64,000 nt of DNA from an uncultured Pelagibacteraceae bacterium (GCA_902525575.1 CABZHU010000002.1:18326-82325); one strand, 5' to 3'. Counted from the first letter of the stretch, positions 20,807 through 29,916 are shown. The notes: generated by a model not told the origin, from the sequence alone. Made by a program: numbers and translations.

Positions 20807-23212
20807 ATGAGTATTGTAAAAGTTATAAAATATTTTTTCATTCTTTCAATCCTCTTTATAATTAGTTTACTCTTGGTTTTAGAATTCCATTTATTTAGTG
20901 AAGACTTAGATGGAGGTAAAATCACTGGCGCAATTAATACTGTCGAGTTTGTAAAAGATAAAGAGACAAGGCAATTAACTGCAATGAAAACTCTTAACGA
21001 ATTGCCAACCAAACAAATTTTGTTTGGTGATCTTCATGTTCATTCAACATTTTCAGCCGATGCACATATGATGAGCCTGCCAATCACTGGTGGGCACGGT
21101 GTACATCCTGTTGCGGATGCGTGTGACTTTGCAAGACATTGTTCAGCATTAGATTTTTGGTCAATTAACGATCATGCTGAAGCAACTACACCAAAAAGAT
21201 GGATGGAAACAAAAGAAACAATCCGGAAGTGTAACGCTTTAAATGTTGATCCAGCTAATCCGGATTGTGTTGCTTTTTTGGGATGGGAGTGGACCCAAGT
21301 AGGCGTTATAAGAGGAAATCATTGGGGTCATCATAATGTCATTTTGAAAGAAGAGTCCGATGAGGCGGTTCCAACTAGAGCTATTGCATCTTTATCTGTA
21401 ACTCGACAAGCAATGACTTCTAGACCCTTAGTACCAAATGTTTTTTTCCCATTTGTAGATTTTGAAAACTTCAAAAGATATAATGACATAAATCGATACT
21501 TCACAGAAACAGGTAAAATAAAAAATTGTGAGCGAGGTGTACTTTCTAAAGATTTACCAATGAACTGTCATGAAGAAGCAGTAACTCCATTAGATTTAGT
21601 AAATAGGCTTGAAGAATATGATAGTGACTACATGGTTATACCACACGGGCAGTCTTGGGGACTTTATACTCCTGCTGGATATACTTTGGACAGGGGCTTA
21701 GAGATTTCAAAAAAGTACCCAAAAATGTTTGAATTATTAGAAACTTATTCCGGGCATGGTAACGCTGAGGAGTACCGCTCATGGAGAGGAGTTAATGTTG
21801 TAAGAGACGGCGAGGAAATAATTAGACCATTTACGTTTCCGATGGGTGAAATTGATTTAGATCAAGGAACTTTTACACTCAAAAATCAAAATGGACCGGA
21901 TGAGGTCATTGATATCGGGACTCAAACTTGTCCAAAGCCGTCTGATAATTATATCCCTCAATGCTGGCAAGCGGGTAAAGTAATCTACGAGAGATGTATA
22001 GCTGATGGGGAATCAGATATAGAATGTAGTGAGAGACGAGAAGCGACAGAACAAGCATCAGTAGATAGAGGTAGAGCAGGGTACAACGTTGTTCCAAAGT
22101 TTACAGAATTTGATCGAAATATATCCGGTCAGTGTTTAGATTGCTTTAGTCCTCCTATGAATCATGTGCCGGGGGGTAGCGCTCAGTATGGATTGGCGTT
22201 AACAAAATATAAAGAAGACGGGTCAAAACATAGATTTAGATATGGGTTTATAGGCTCAAGTGATAACCATTCTGCTGCACCTGGCAGTGGGTATAAAGAA
22301 CTATTTGGTAACAATATAGATGGGAGCGGACCTCCAAGTGAATTCTTAGATAAGATTTTACATATGAGTCCATATTATTTCCCTAAAAGTACAAGTCCAA
22401 TTGGTCGAAATTCTGATCCAATTGGTGACTCCTTTATTTCGCCTTCGCAGCCGCAAGTTTATGATATTCCTGATCTCATCGTTGGCTTTAATACTGTTGA
22501 ATGGGAAAGGCAAAGAGGTTTCTTTACGACAGGTGGACTGGCAGCTGTTCACTCTGAGGGACGGTCTAAAGAGGAAATTTGGGATGCGTTAAAAAGAAAA
22601 GAAACTTACGCGACAAGTGGCACCCGTATGTTACTTTGGTTTAATTTAACCGGTGAGAATAAAAAAGTTTCTATGGGTTCTTCAATTGAAACAGATACAC
22701 AACCTGAATTTGAAGTTAAAGCTATGGGCTCCTTTGTTCAGAAACCTGGGTGTCCAGAGGATGCATACATTGCGTTGGGAGAGGAAAGAGTAGACGAGTT
22801 GTGTTTTAATGAATGTTATAATCCTTCAGATGACAGAAAGTTTATTCATAGAATTGAAGTAATTAAAGTATTACCGCAAGAGTATGTAGATCAACCTATT
22901 GAAGGACGAATTCAAGATCCTTGGTACACCCATTATTGTGATCCAAATGAATTTGGCTGTTCTTTTAAATTCACTGATGAGGATTTTTCTATAGAAAAAA
23001 AAGATGTGAGTTATTACGTAAGAGCCATTGAAGTGCCCACTCCACAAATTAATGTTAAAGGCGGTGTTTGTGAATTTGATGCAGATGGGAATTGTGTAAA
23101 GTTTAAGCTTTGCACTCAAGACTGGAGGCATCCAAGAGACATCGAGACTTGTTCTGAAATAGACGAACATCGCGCTTGGTCATCGCCGATTTATTTGGAC
23201 TATTTATCCTAA
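20807..23212 (+). CDS. DUF3604-domain protein (PHP-like metallohydrolase fold), exported and Cys-rich
   Basis: FGDLHVHSTFSAD, INDHAE, GWEWT, HHNVI, IPHG, ETYSGHG, GFIGSSDNH, ETYATSG, YYVRAIE, RAWSSPI. Confidence 0.88.
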   Translation: MSIVKVIKYFFILSILFIISLLLVLEFHLFSEDLDGGKITGAINTVEFVKDKETRQLTAMKTLNELPTKQILFGDLHVHSTFSADAHMMSLPITGGHGVHPVADACDFARHCSALDFWSINDHAEATTPKRWMETKETIRKCNALNVDPANPDCVAFLGWEWTQVGVIRGNHWGHHNVILKEESDEAVPTRAIASLSVTRQAMTSRPLVPNVFFPFVDFENFKRYNDINRYFTETGKIKNCERGVLSKDLPMNCHEEAVTPLDLVNRLEEYDSDYMVIPHGQSWGLYTPAGYTLDRGLEISKKYPKMFELLETYSGHGNAEEYRSWRGVNVVRDGEEIIRPFTFPMGEIDLDQGTFTLKNQNGPDEVIDIGTQTCPKPSDNYIPQCWQAGKVIYERCIADGESDIECSERREATEQASVDRGRAGYNVVPKFTEFDRNISGQCLDCFSPPMNHVPGGSAQYGLALTKYKEDGSKHRFRYGFIGSSDNHSAAPGSGYKELFGNNIDGSGPPSEFLDKILHMSPYYFPKSTSPIGRNSDPIGDSFISPSQPQVYDIPDLIVGFNTVEWERQRGFFTTGGLAAVHSEGRSKEEIWDALKRKETYATSGTRMLLWFNLTGENKKVSMGSSIETDTQPEFEVKAMGSFVQKPGCPEDAYIALGEERVDELCFNECYNPSDDRKFIHRIEVIKVLPQEYVDQPIEGRIQDPWYTHYCDPNEFGCSFKFTDEDFSIEKKDVSYYVRAIEVPTPQINVKGGVCEFDADGNCVKFKLCTQDWRHPRDIETCSEIDEHRAWSSPIYLDYLS

Positions 23213-23222
23213 AATTTTATAA

Positions 23223-23387
23223 ATGAAATATCTGATCCCATCCATTGTATCGATAGTAGTAGGCAGTCTCTTTAGTTGGGCTTATTTAACAGCTTATGGA
23301 TTCGGCTTCTCATATATTATTTATCTTAGTATGATGATTGCGATGGTCTTCCTGGCCATAGATGCATGGAGAAATATTAATAAATAA
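23223..23387 (+). CDS. Small two-TM hypothetical protein, 54 aa
   Basis: Manual translation MKYLIPSIVSIVVGSLFSWAYLTAYGFGFSYIIYLSMMIAMVFLAIDAWRNINK; starts 10 nt after the DUF3604 stop. Confidence 0.55.
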   Translation: MKYLIPSIVSIVVGSLFSWAYLTAYGFGFSYIIYLSMMIAMVFLAIDAWRNINK

Positions 23388-23521
23388 GCAAATTAAAACA
23401 ATTACTTAGATAACTAGTTTTAAGATATTCACAACTTGTCAATTTGGCAAGCATCAGTAATTGTGAAAGCCCTTAATTGATAAAAGATGCTCTTATAAAA
23501 TTAAATATAGGGAGAAAATAC

Positions 23522-24790
23522 ATGTTAAAAAAAGTACTACTTTATACAGTATTGTTTTCATCACTATTATCTGCCAATGCATTTGCAGCCGTCGATGACG
23601 AAACAGCTTATGCATTGAACACACTATTATTTCTAATAAGTGGATTTTTGGTGATGTGGATGGCCGCTGGATTCTGTATGTTAGAATCTGGTCTGGTTAC
23701 ATCTAAAAGTGTTTCGACAATTGCTGCAAAAAATATAGGTTTGTATTCTATAGCTGGGATCATGTTCTGGTTAGTAGGTTATAATCTTGCATACGGTATT
23801 CCAGAAGGTGGATATATTGGAACGTTTACTACATGGAGCGATGGTTCAGCAGTAGCAACTGGTTATTCTGATGGATCAGACTGGTTTTTCCAGATGGTAT
23901 TCTGTGCAACAACAGCTTCAATTGTTTCAGGAACTTTGGCTGAAAGAATAAAAATTTGGCCTTTCTTTTTGTTCGTAGCAATATTAACAGGAGTTATTTA
24001 TCCAATCGAGATGGGTTGGCAATGGGGTGGTGGATGGTTATCTGCTGCTGGTTTCTCAGACTTTGCTGGATCAACTCTTGTGCATGGTGCAGGTGGTGCA
24101 GCGGCATTAGCTGGTGCAATTGTTCTAGGTCCAAGACTTGGAAGATTTGATAACGGAAAGTTAGTTCCATTTGCAAATTCCTCAATACCTCTAGCAACAC
24201 TTGGTGTATTTATCTTGTGGTTGGGCTGGTTCGGGTTTAATGGTGGATCACAGCTAGCTCTAGGTTCATTTGATGATGCAACAGCTGTAGCAACAATTTA
24301 TATCAATACAAACTTAGCAGCTTGTGCTGGTGTATTGGTCTGCGCAGCTATAACAAGATTAGCAAGAGGCAAAACTGACGTTGTAATGATGTTAAATGGT
24401 GCACTCGGTGGTCTAGTGGCAATTACAGCAGAACCATTAATGCCTTCTCCATTGATGGCAATCATCATAGGTGGAATTGGTGGTGCGCTAGTATTCGCAG
24501 GTACTGAGCTCTTAGTGTCATTAAAAATTGATGACGTTGTAGGAGCTATACCGGTTCACTTGATTGCAGGTGTCTGGGGTACTCTTGCTGTACCAATTAC
24601 AAATCCTGATACTAGCTTTGGAACTCAACTCCTTGGCACAGCATCTATTTGTGTGTTTGTTTTTGTGGTGTCCTTTATTATTTGGGCAATCATGAAAGCC
24701 ACAATAGGTATAAGGATAAGTGAAGAAGCAGAAAAAGAAGGAACAGACGTAGCTGAGACAGGTGTCATAGCCTACTCAATTAGAGACTAA
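23522..24790 (+). CDS. amtB: Ammonium transporter
   Basis: FFQMVFCAT, DFAGSTLVH, LWLGWFGFNGGS, DDVVGAIPVH (both conserved His); start placed at the ATG after a GGAGA RBS (ORF track starts at 23477). Confidence 0.97.
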   Translation: MLKKVLLYTVLFSSLLSANAFAAVDDETAYALNTLLFLISGFLVMWMAAGFCMLESGLVTSKSVSTIAAKNIGLYSIAGIMFWLVGYNLAYGIPEGGYIGTFTTWSDGSAVATGYSDGSDWFFQMVFCATTASIVSGTLAERIKIWPFFLFVAILTGVIYPIEMGWQWGGGWLSAAGFSDFAGSTLVHGAGGAAALAGAIVLGPRLGRFDNGKLVPFANSSIPLATLGVFILWLGWFGFNGGSQLALGSFDDATAVATIYINTNLAACAGVLVCAAITRLARGKTDVVMMLNGALGGLVAITAEPLMPSPLMAIIIGGIGGALVFAGTELLVSLKIDDVVGAIPVHLIAGVWGTLAVPITNPDTSFGTQLLGTASICVFVFVVSFIIWAIMKATIGIRISEEAEKEGTDVAETGVIAYSIRD

Positions 24791-24805
24791 GTCTAGTTCG
24801 TAATT

Positions 24806-24859
24806 AAAAAACGGGTCCGAAGGTTTCCCCCAGTTATTCCTTCCATCGGACCCGTTTTT
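24806..24859. terminator. Long hairpin downstream of amtB (terminator-like, C/U-rich loop)
   Basis: AAAAACGGGTCCGA...TCGGACCCGTTTTT inverted repeat enclosing AGGTTTCCCCCAGTTATTCCTTCCA. Confidence 0.75.
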
Positions 24860-24911
24860 ATTTAATTTTAAATTTGAATTAAGTTTTTTTTGGTAATACA
24901 TTGCACCAGTC

Positions 24912-25856
24912 ATGACCGAACAAAACAATCCTTTTCACAAAAAAAAATCTGGAGTTTTTTTCTTTAAATCGTCTAATCCCTATGAATTTTATGATTTGCT
25001 GAATGGTGTTGATATGGAACCCAAACAAGACGTATGGGGAACTTTGATTTTTCCTGAAAATGCTAAATTGCCATGCCCAGTGATTATTCCAATTCATGGA
25101 AGCGCAGGTCTTAGAGAAGGTCATTACACACACATGGTTAACCTATTAGAAGCAGGCTTTGCTGTTTTCAGAATTCATCATTTTGAATCTAGAGGAGTAA
25201 TTTCAATCGTAGAAAATCAAACACAAATTACTCTGGCTACCATGATAACAGATGCATTTCGTGCACTTACACTTTTAAATAAACATCCAGATATTGATAA
25301 AGATAAAATTGGCATCATGGGATGGAGTTTAGGTGGTAGCACCGCTCTTTATTCTGCGTGGCAGCCAATAATAGATATACTAACCTCAGGGGATGAAAAA
25401 TTTTCTGCGTATTTACCATTGTATCCTGGAGCATTACTTAAACCTGAAGACAATCGTTGGTCTAATGCTCCAATGCATATTCTATTTGGTGAAGACGATG
25501 ATTATACGCCCCTAAGTTTATGTAAAAAACTTATTGATTATATGAAACCTGCTCGTGATGTTGACTTAACAGTTTATCCCAACGCTCATCATTCTTTTGA
25601 TTCAATTGATCCCGTTGAATTCATTCCGTACGCCATCAAGTTAAAAGATATGTTTATTGATTTAAAGAAAGATGGACGTCAGGTTTATACTGATGAAAAT
25701 AACAATACTTTTTACTTGGACAATAAGGAAGAACGGTTTCGCTTGATTAAAGAAACACCCAATCTCTTAGGCGCGCATGCTGGAGGAAATTGGACGGCGC
25801 GTAAACAATCACATCAGGATGTGGTTGATTTTTTTAGGAAGCAATTTTTTTCATAA
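24912..25856 (+). CDS. Dienelactone hydrolase-family alpha/beta hydrolase
   Basis: HGSAG, GWSLGG nucleophile elbow, GEDDDY, YPNAHHSFD. Confidence 0.85.
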   Translation: MTEQNNPFHKKKSGVFFFKSSNPYEFYDLLNGVDMEPKQDVWGTLIFPENAKLPCPVIIPIHGSAGLREGHYTHMVNLLEAGFAVFRIHHFESRGVISIVENQTQITLATMITDAFRALTLLNKHPDIDKDKIGIMGWSLGGSTALYSAWQPIIDILTSGDEKFSAYLPLYPGALLKPEDNRWSNAPMHILFGEDDDYTPLSLCKKLIDYMKPARDVDLTVYPNAHHSFDSIDPVEFIPYAIKLKDMFIDLKKDGRQVYTDENNNTFYLDNKEERFRLIKETPNLLGAHAGGNWTARKQSHQDVVDFFRKQFFS

Positions 25857-25872
25857 ATCTTTTTAAGTAGTG

Positions 25873-25918
25873 TTGACTCTTGTATTGAGTAATGCAATAA
25901 TGAGAACAAAACAAGAAC
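25873..25918 (+). promoter_or_regulatory. Sigma70-type promoter with alphaproteobacterial LexA (SOS) box
   Basis: TTGACT(25873)-N17-AATAAT, then GAAC-AAAACAA-GAAC (25904-25918), matching GAAC-N7-GAAC, upstream of umuD. Confidence 0.85.
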
Positions 25919-25935
25919 ATAATTAGACGTATTTC

Positions 25936-26325
25936 ATGCTTTTAACATTTTATAAAGAGGCCGTAGAGTGTGGTTTTCCTTCTCCAGCAAGGGATTTTAC
26001 TGAAGGGACAATTGATTTGAATGAAGAACTTATTCCTCATCCAAATGCAACTTTTATTGTTCGTGCGCGAGGAGACTCAATGGTGGGTTCAGGGATTTAT
26101 CCTGGAGATTTACTGATTGTTGACCGAAGCATTAAGCCTCGAAATGAGTCAATTATTATTGCTGTGCTGGATGGAGAGTTGAGCGTAAAGATTCTCAGAT
26201 TTAAGAATAAACAAGTCAATTTATCATCTTCTAATAACAACTACAAAGATGTCTTAGTCTCTGAAGAAATGGATTTTACCATATGGGGAGTATGTACGAA
26301 TGTTATTCATAATTTAAGTCCATAA
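25936..26325 (+). CDS. umuD: UmuD (S24 peptidase), DNA polymerase V accessory subunit
   Basis: VECGFPSPA cleavage site, GDSM (Ser), SVK (Lys), IWGV. Confidence 0.93.
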   Translation: MLLTFYKEAVECGFPSPARDFTEGTIDLNEELIPHPNATFIVRARGDSMVGSGIYPGDLLIVDRSIKPRNESIIIAVLDGELSVKILRFKNKQVNLSSSNNNYKDVLVSEEMDFTIWGVCTNVIHNLSP

Positions 26326-26337
26326 AATAGATGAAGC

Positions 26338-27153
26338 ATGAATAATAAAGTTTTTGCACTAATTGATTGTAACGCATTTTATGTTTCTTGTGAGAGAGTT
26401 TTTAATCCCAAGCTCAACAATAGACCAGTTGTAGCATTATCCAATAATGATGGTTGCATTATATCTCGTTCAAAAGAAGCAAAAGCACTTGGTATCAAAA
26501 TGGGCGTACCACTCTTCAAAGTCAAAGATATTGTAGAAAAGGAAAATGTATTTGTTTTTTCCTCTAATTATACATTGTACGCCGATATGTCGCGCCGTGT
26601 AATGAATATCATTTCATATTCATCTCCTCACACAGAGATTTATTCAATTGATGAAGCGTTTGTAGAGTTAAGCAGTCTATCGATTGACTATGAAGAATAC
26701 GCACATCAATTGAGAAAGACCATTTTACAGCATACAGGTATCCCAGTTAGTATAGGCATAGCGTCAACAAAAACCCTATCAAAAGTTGCAAACCATAAGG
26801 CAAAAAAAGATGAGACTTTAAATGGTGTTTGCTCTCTAGTAGGTCATAAAAATATTGATCGAACATACTCACAAGGTCATGGATATAAAGATTTATGTAA
26901 GGAACTTCTGAATATCGATATTTCAAAAAAACAGCAATCAAGCGACTGGTCAAATCCTGATTTAACTAAAGAACAAATAAATTATGCTGCGACTGATGTA
27001 ATGCACTTACATGCTATAAAGATTAAACTAGATGAAATCCTAAAAAGACAAAATAGAGAACTACTTGTCGAGGCGTGTATCAAATTTCTGCCTATAAGAG
27101 TTGAGCTCGATTTAAGGGGATGGGAAAATGATATTTTTTCTCATTCTAATTAA
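26338..27153 (+). pseudogene. umuC: In-frame chimera: N-terminal ~174 aa of UmuC (Y-family polymerase) joined to the C-terminal ~97 aa of RNase D
   Basis: DCNAFYVSCERVF, LSNNDGC, YSIDEAF, STKTLSKVAN, then an abrupt switch at ~26857-26862 to RTYSQGHGYKDLCKELL...QQSSDW...YAATDV...LDLRGW, the alphaproteobacterial RNase D C-terminus that normally precedes kdsD-lptCAB. Confidence 0.8.
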
Positions 27154-27161
27154 TATTACAC

Positions 27162-28127
27162 ATGAGTATAAATAAAATTAAAAGTTACGGAAAATCAGTT
27201 ATAGAAACAGAAATATCTGGCGCTAAAAAACTGTTTAAATCAATCAATTCAGATTTTGCCAGAGCTATCAACAAACTTTCAAAAATTAAGGGAAAGGTAA
27301 TAATCACAGGTGTAGGAAAATCTGGTCATATTGCAAGTAAAATTTCAAGCACCATGAGTTCAACTGGTACGCTTTCTCAGTATTGCTCTCCAACAGATAT
27401 GAGTCATGGTGATTTAGGAATAATTACTAAAAATGATGCCATAATAATTATATCTAATTCTGGTAAGAGTGAGGAAATTAAAGCTTTGTTAGATTTTGCA
27501 AAAAAAAATAAAGTTTTTGTTATAGGAATCACATCCAATTCAAAAAGTACTCTCTATAAATTGTGTAATATTCCATTATTAATTCCGAATTCAAAAGAAG
27601 CATGTTCAATAGGGTTGGCACCTACAACTTCAACCACTATGTCATTAATCTTAGGCGACGCCATCTGTGTATCTCTAATGAAGGTAAAGAATTTCAAGCT
27701 TAAAGACTACAAAATGATACATCCTGGGGGTGCTTTAGGCGCTAATATGCTTCAGGTTCAAGATATAATGCATACTGGGAAAAAAATGCCAATTGTTCGT
27801 GAAAATTCTTCAATGAAGTCTGTCATTGTTGAGATGACGAAAAAATCATTTGGTCATGTAGCAATAAAAAATAAAGAAAATAAACTGATAGGAATAATTA
27901 CCGATGGAGATTTAAGAAGACACATTAGAAAAGCATTATTAGATGTAAATGTAAAAGAAATTATGTCCTCAAAACCAATGCTTATATGTAAAGAAGAACT
28001 GGTTATTAATATACTTCAAAAAATGAATACAAATAAAATTACATGTTTATTTGTAGTAAATAACTTAAAAGATAAAAAGCCAATAGGTATTATCCATATC
28101 CATGACTGTATTCGATATGTTAATTAA
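27162..28127 (+). CDS. kdsD: Arabinose-5-phosphate isomerase (KpsF/GutQ family)
   Basis: GVGKSGHIA, HGDLG, APTTSTT, HPGGALG, two CBS domains (GIITDGDLRR). Confidence 0.93.
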   Translation: MSINKIKSYGKSVIETEISGAKKLFKSINSDFARAINKLSKIKGKVIITGVGKSGHIASKISSTMSSTGTLSQYCSPTDMSHGDLGIITKNDAIIIISNSGKSEEIKALLDFAKKNKVFVIGITSNSKSTLYKLCNIPLLIPNSKEACSIGLAPTTSTTMSLILGDAICVSLMKVKNFKLKDYKMIHPGGALGANMLQVQDIMHTGKKMPIVRENSSMKSVIVEMTKKSFGHVAIKNKENKLIGIITDGDLRRHIRKALLDVNVKEIMSSKPMLICKEELVINILQKMNTNKITCLFVVNNLKDKKPIGIIHIHDCIRYVN

Positions 28128-28623
28128 GAATATTGCAAAATTATCTTTTTTCTTTTTATTAATATCAATTTTATTCCAGACTAATTTATTTTCTAATGAA
28201 AACATCGAAATTGAAATAGATAGACCAAAATTTTCTGAAAAAGGTCTCGATAATAGGCTTTATGAAATTAAAGCTGAGAAGGGCATTCAGCGAGAAGATA
28301 ATTTAGAGTTATTTATTGTCGAGGGTAAATTAAGAACTGACTCTGGTGTTTGGATATATTTAAATGCTAAAAAGGGTAACTTTGACCAAGTAAAAAATTT
28401 AATAGAACTTAATGGGGAAATAAACTTTTATACTGATGAAGAAGATAGGTTTCAGTCCGACAATGCATTTTTTTCAATCAATGATGATATAATTGAATTC
28501 AATAATAATGTTAAACATATTAGGGGAACCAATATTATAACAGCAAACGAGTCAAAAATTAGCGGCAATTTTAATCATATTGTCTATAAGGGCAATGTGA
28601 GTACTTCCTATATCATAGATTAA
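28102..28623 (+). CDS. lptC: LPS export protein LptC
   Basis: N-terminal anchor plus beta-rich domain; position between kdsD and lptA. Confidence 0.7.
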   Translation: MTVFDMLIKNIAKLSFFFLLISILFQTNLFSNENIEIEIDRPKFSEKGLDNRLYEIKAEKGIQREDNLELFIVEGKLRTDSGVWIYLNAKKGNFDQVKNLIELNGEINFYTDEEDRFQSDNAFFSINDDIIEFNNNVKHIRGTNIITANESKISGNFNHIVYKGNVSTSYIID

Positions 28624-28626
28624 TTT

Positions 28627-29076
28627 ATGCTTAAAAATTTTTTTATTACTTTCTTGTTCATTTTATTTACCAATTTGGCAAACGCTAAACAAATAAAAAT
28701 TGTGTCTGATAAATTAGAAATTATTAGAGCAGAAAATATTTCAATTTTCTCTGGAAATGTATATGCCGTAGAAGATAATTTAAGTATATGGTCTGAAAAA
28801 TTAATTATGACCTCAAGCAAAGACGAAAAAGAAGTTAAGGAAATCAATGCCCATGGCAATGTAAAAATAGTAAGTGAAGAATTATCCATTAATGGTGATA
28901 AGGCGAGGTATGACCCTATTCAAAATAAATTATTTGTTTTTGGGAAAGTTGAGGTTTTACAAAACCAAAGTATTATCTTATGTGATAAAATAATTGTAGA
29001 TCTAGAAAATTCATCAAGTATTATGAGTAGTGACTCAAATAAAAGAGTAGAAGCATTAATAATCAACGAAAAGTAA
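28627..29076 (+). CDS. lptA: LPS transport periplasmic protein LptA/OstA
   Basis: Signal peptide, IVSDKL, FSGNV, AHGNV, C-terminal RV; precedes lptB. Confidence 0.8.
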   Translation: MLKNFFITFLFILFTNLANAKQIKIVSDKLEIIRAENISIFSGNVYAVEDNLSIWSEKLIMTSSKDEKEVKEINAHGNVKIVSEELSINGDKARYDPIQNKLFVFGKVEVLQNQSIILCDKIIVDLENSSSIMSSDSNKRVEALIINEK

Positions 29077-29083
29077 GAATACA

Positions 29084-29836
29084 ATGGCTGAAAAACCTAA
29101 ATTAGTCTCCTCAAATCCAGGACTTGAGGTTAATAACTTAAGAAAATCACTGTCAGGAAAGCAGATCGTAAGAAATATCTCGTTGAAAGTTGAAAAAGGT
29201 AAAGTAATAGGGTTACTTGGCCCAAACGGAGCGGGAAAAAGTACAGCTTTATATTGCATTATGGGTCTAATTAGTTGTGATAGTGGTGAAATAAAATTAA
29301 ACAATAATGATATTACGAGTCTTCCAATGTGGAAAAGAGCACAAGCAGGACTTGGTTATTTGCCACAACAACCAAGTATCTTTAGGGGCTTGAGTGTTGA
29401 AAACAATATTATGGCAATATTAGAAACAACCAAACTCAATTTAGATCAGAGAATAAATAGACTTGAGGAACTATTAGCGGAATTTAATTTAACTCATTTA
29501 CGAAATGCAATGCCTCACCAGTTGTCAGGTGGTGAAAGACGTAAATGTGAATGTGCAAGATTGCTTGGAACTAATCCGTCGTACGTACTTTTTGATGAAC
29601 CATTTTCTGCACTAGATCCTATATCTATCAACGATATCAAGTCTGAAGTTAATAGACTTAAGAATAAAGGTATATCTGTTATAATCACGGATCACCAAGT
29701 CAGAGAGGTATTAGATATTAGCGATTACAGCTACCTACTTTTCAGTGGTGAGATTATTGCACATGGAACAAGTGAAAAAATTCTAGGTAGTAAAGAAGCA
29801 AGAAAATTTTATTTGGGAGACGCGTTCAAGTTCTAA
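29084..29836 (+). CDS. lptB: LPS export ABC transporter ATPase
   Basis: GLLGPNGAGKST, GYLPQQPSIF, LSGGERR, DEPFSALDP, ITDH, FYLG. Confidence 0.95.
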   Translation: MAEKPKLVSSNPGLEVNNLRKSLSGKQIVRNISLKVEKGKVIGLLGPNGAGKSTALYCIMGLISCDSGEIKLNNNDITSLPMWKRAQAGLGYLPQQPSIFRGLSVENNIMAILETTKLNLDQRINRLEELLAEFNLTHLRNAMPHQLSGGERRKCECARLLGTNPSYVLFDEPFSALDPISINDIKSEVNRLKNKGISVIITDHQVREVLDISDYSYLLFSGEIIAHGTSEKILGSKEARKFYLGDAFKF

Positions 29837-29912
29837 TGGTGGAGCTGACCGGGATCGAACCGGTGACCCTCAACATGCCATGCTGATGCTCTCCCAGCTG
29901 AGCTACAGCCCC
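29837..29912 (-). tRNA. tRNA-Ala (GGC)
   Basis: Reverse complement GGGGCTGTAGCTCAGCTGGGAGAGCATCAGCATGGCATGTTGAGGGTCACCGGTTCGATCCCGGTCAGCTCCACCA: cloverleaf, G3-U70 pair, anticodon GGC, encoded CCA. Confidence 0.97.
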
Positions 29913-29916
29913 ATAT

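Noticed and set aside
23444-23465. TGGCA upstream of amtB as a possible sigma54 promoter
   Set aside because: There is no TTGC at the required -12 position, and rpoN is absent from its usual site after lptB.
26338-27153. A novel proofreading Y-family polymerase
   Set aside because: The exonuclease part lacks ExoI/ExoII and the polymerase part lacks the thumb and little finger; a deletion or chimera is more parsimonious.
29837-29912. tRNA-Ala as an integration site, and its A32-U38 anticodon-loop pair as an anomaly
   Set aside because: No integrase or duplicated tRNA 3' end was seen, and A32-U38 is a normal feature of tRNA-Ala(GGC).
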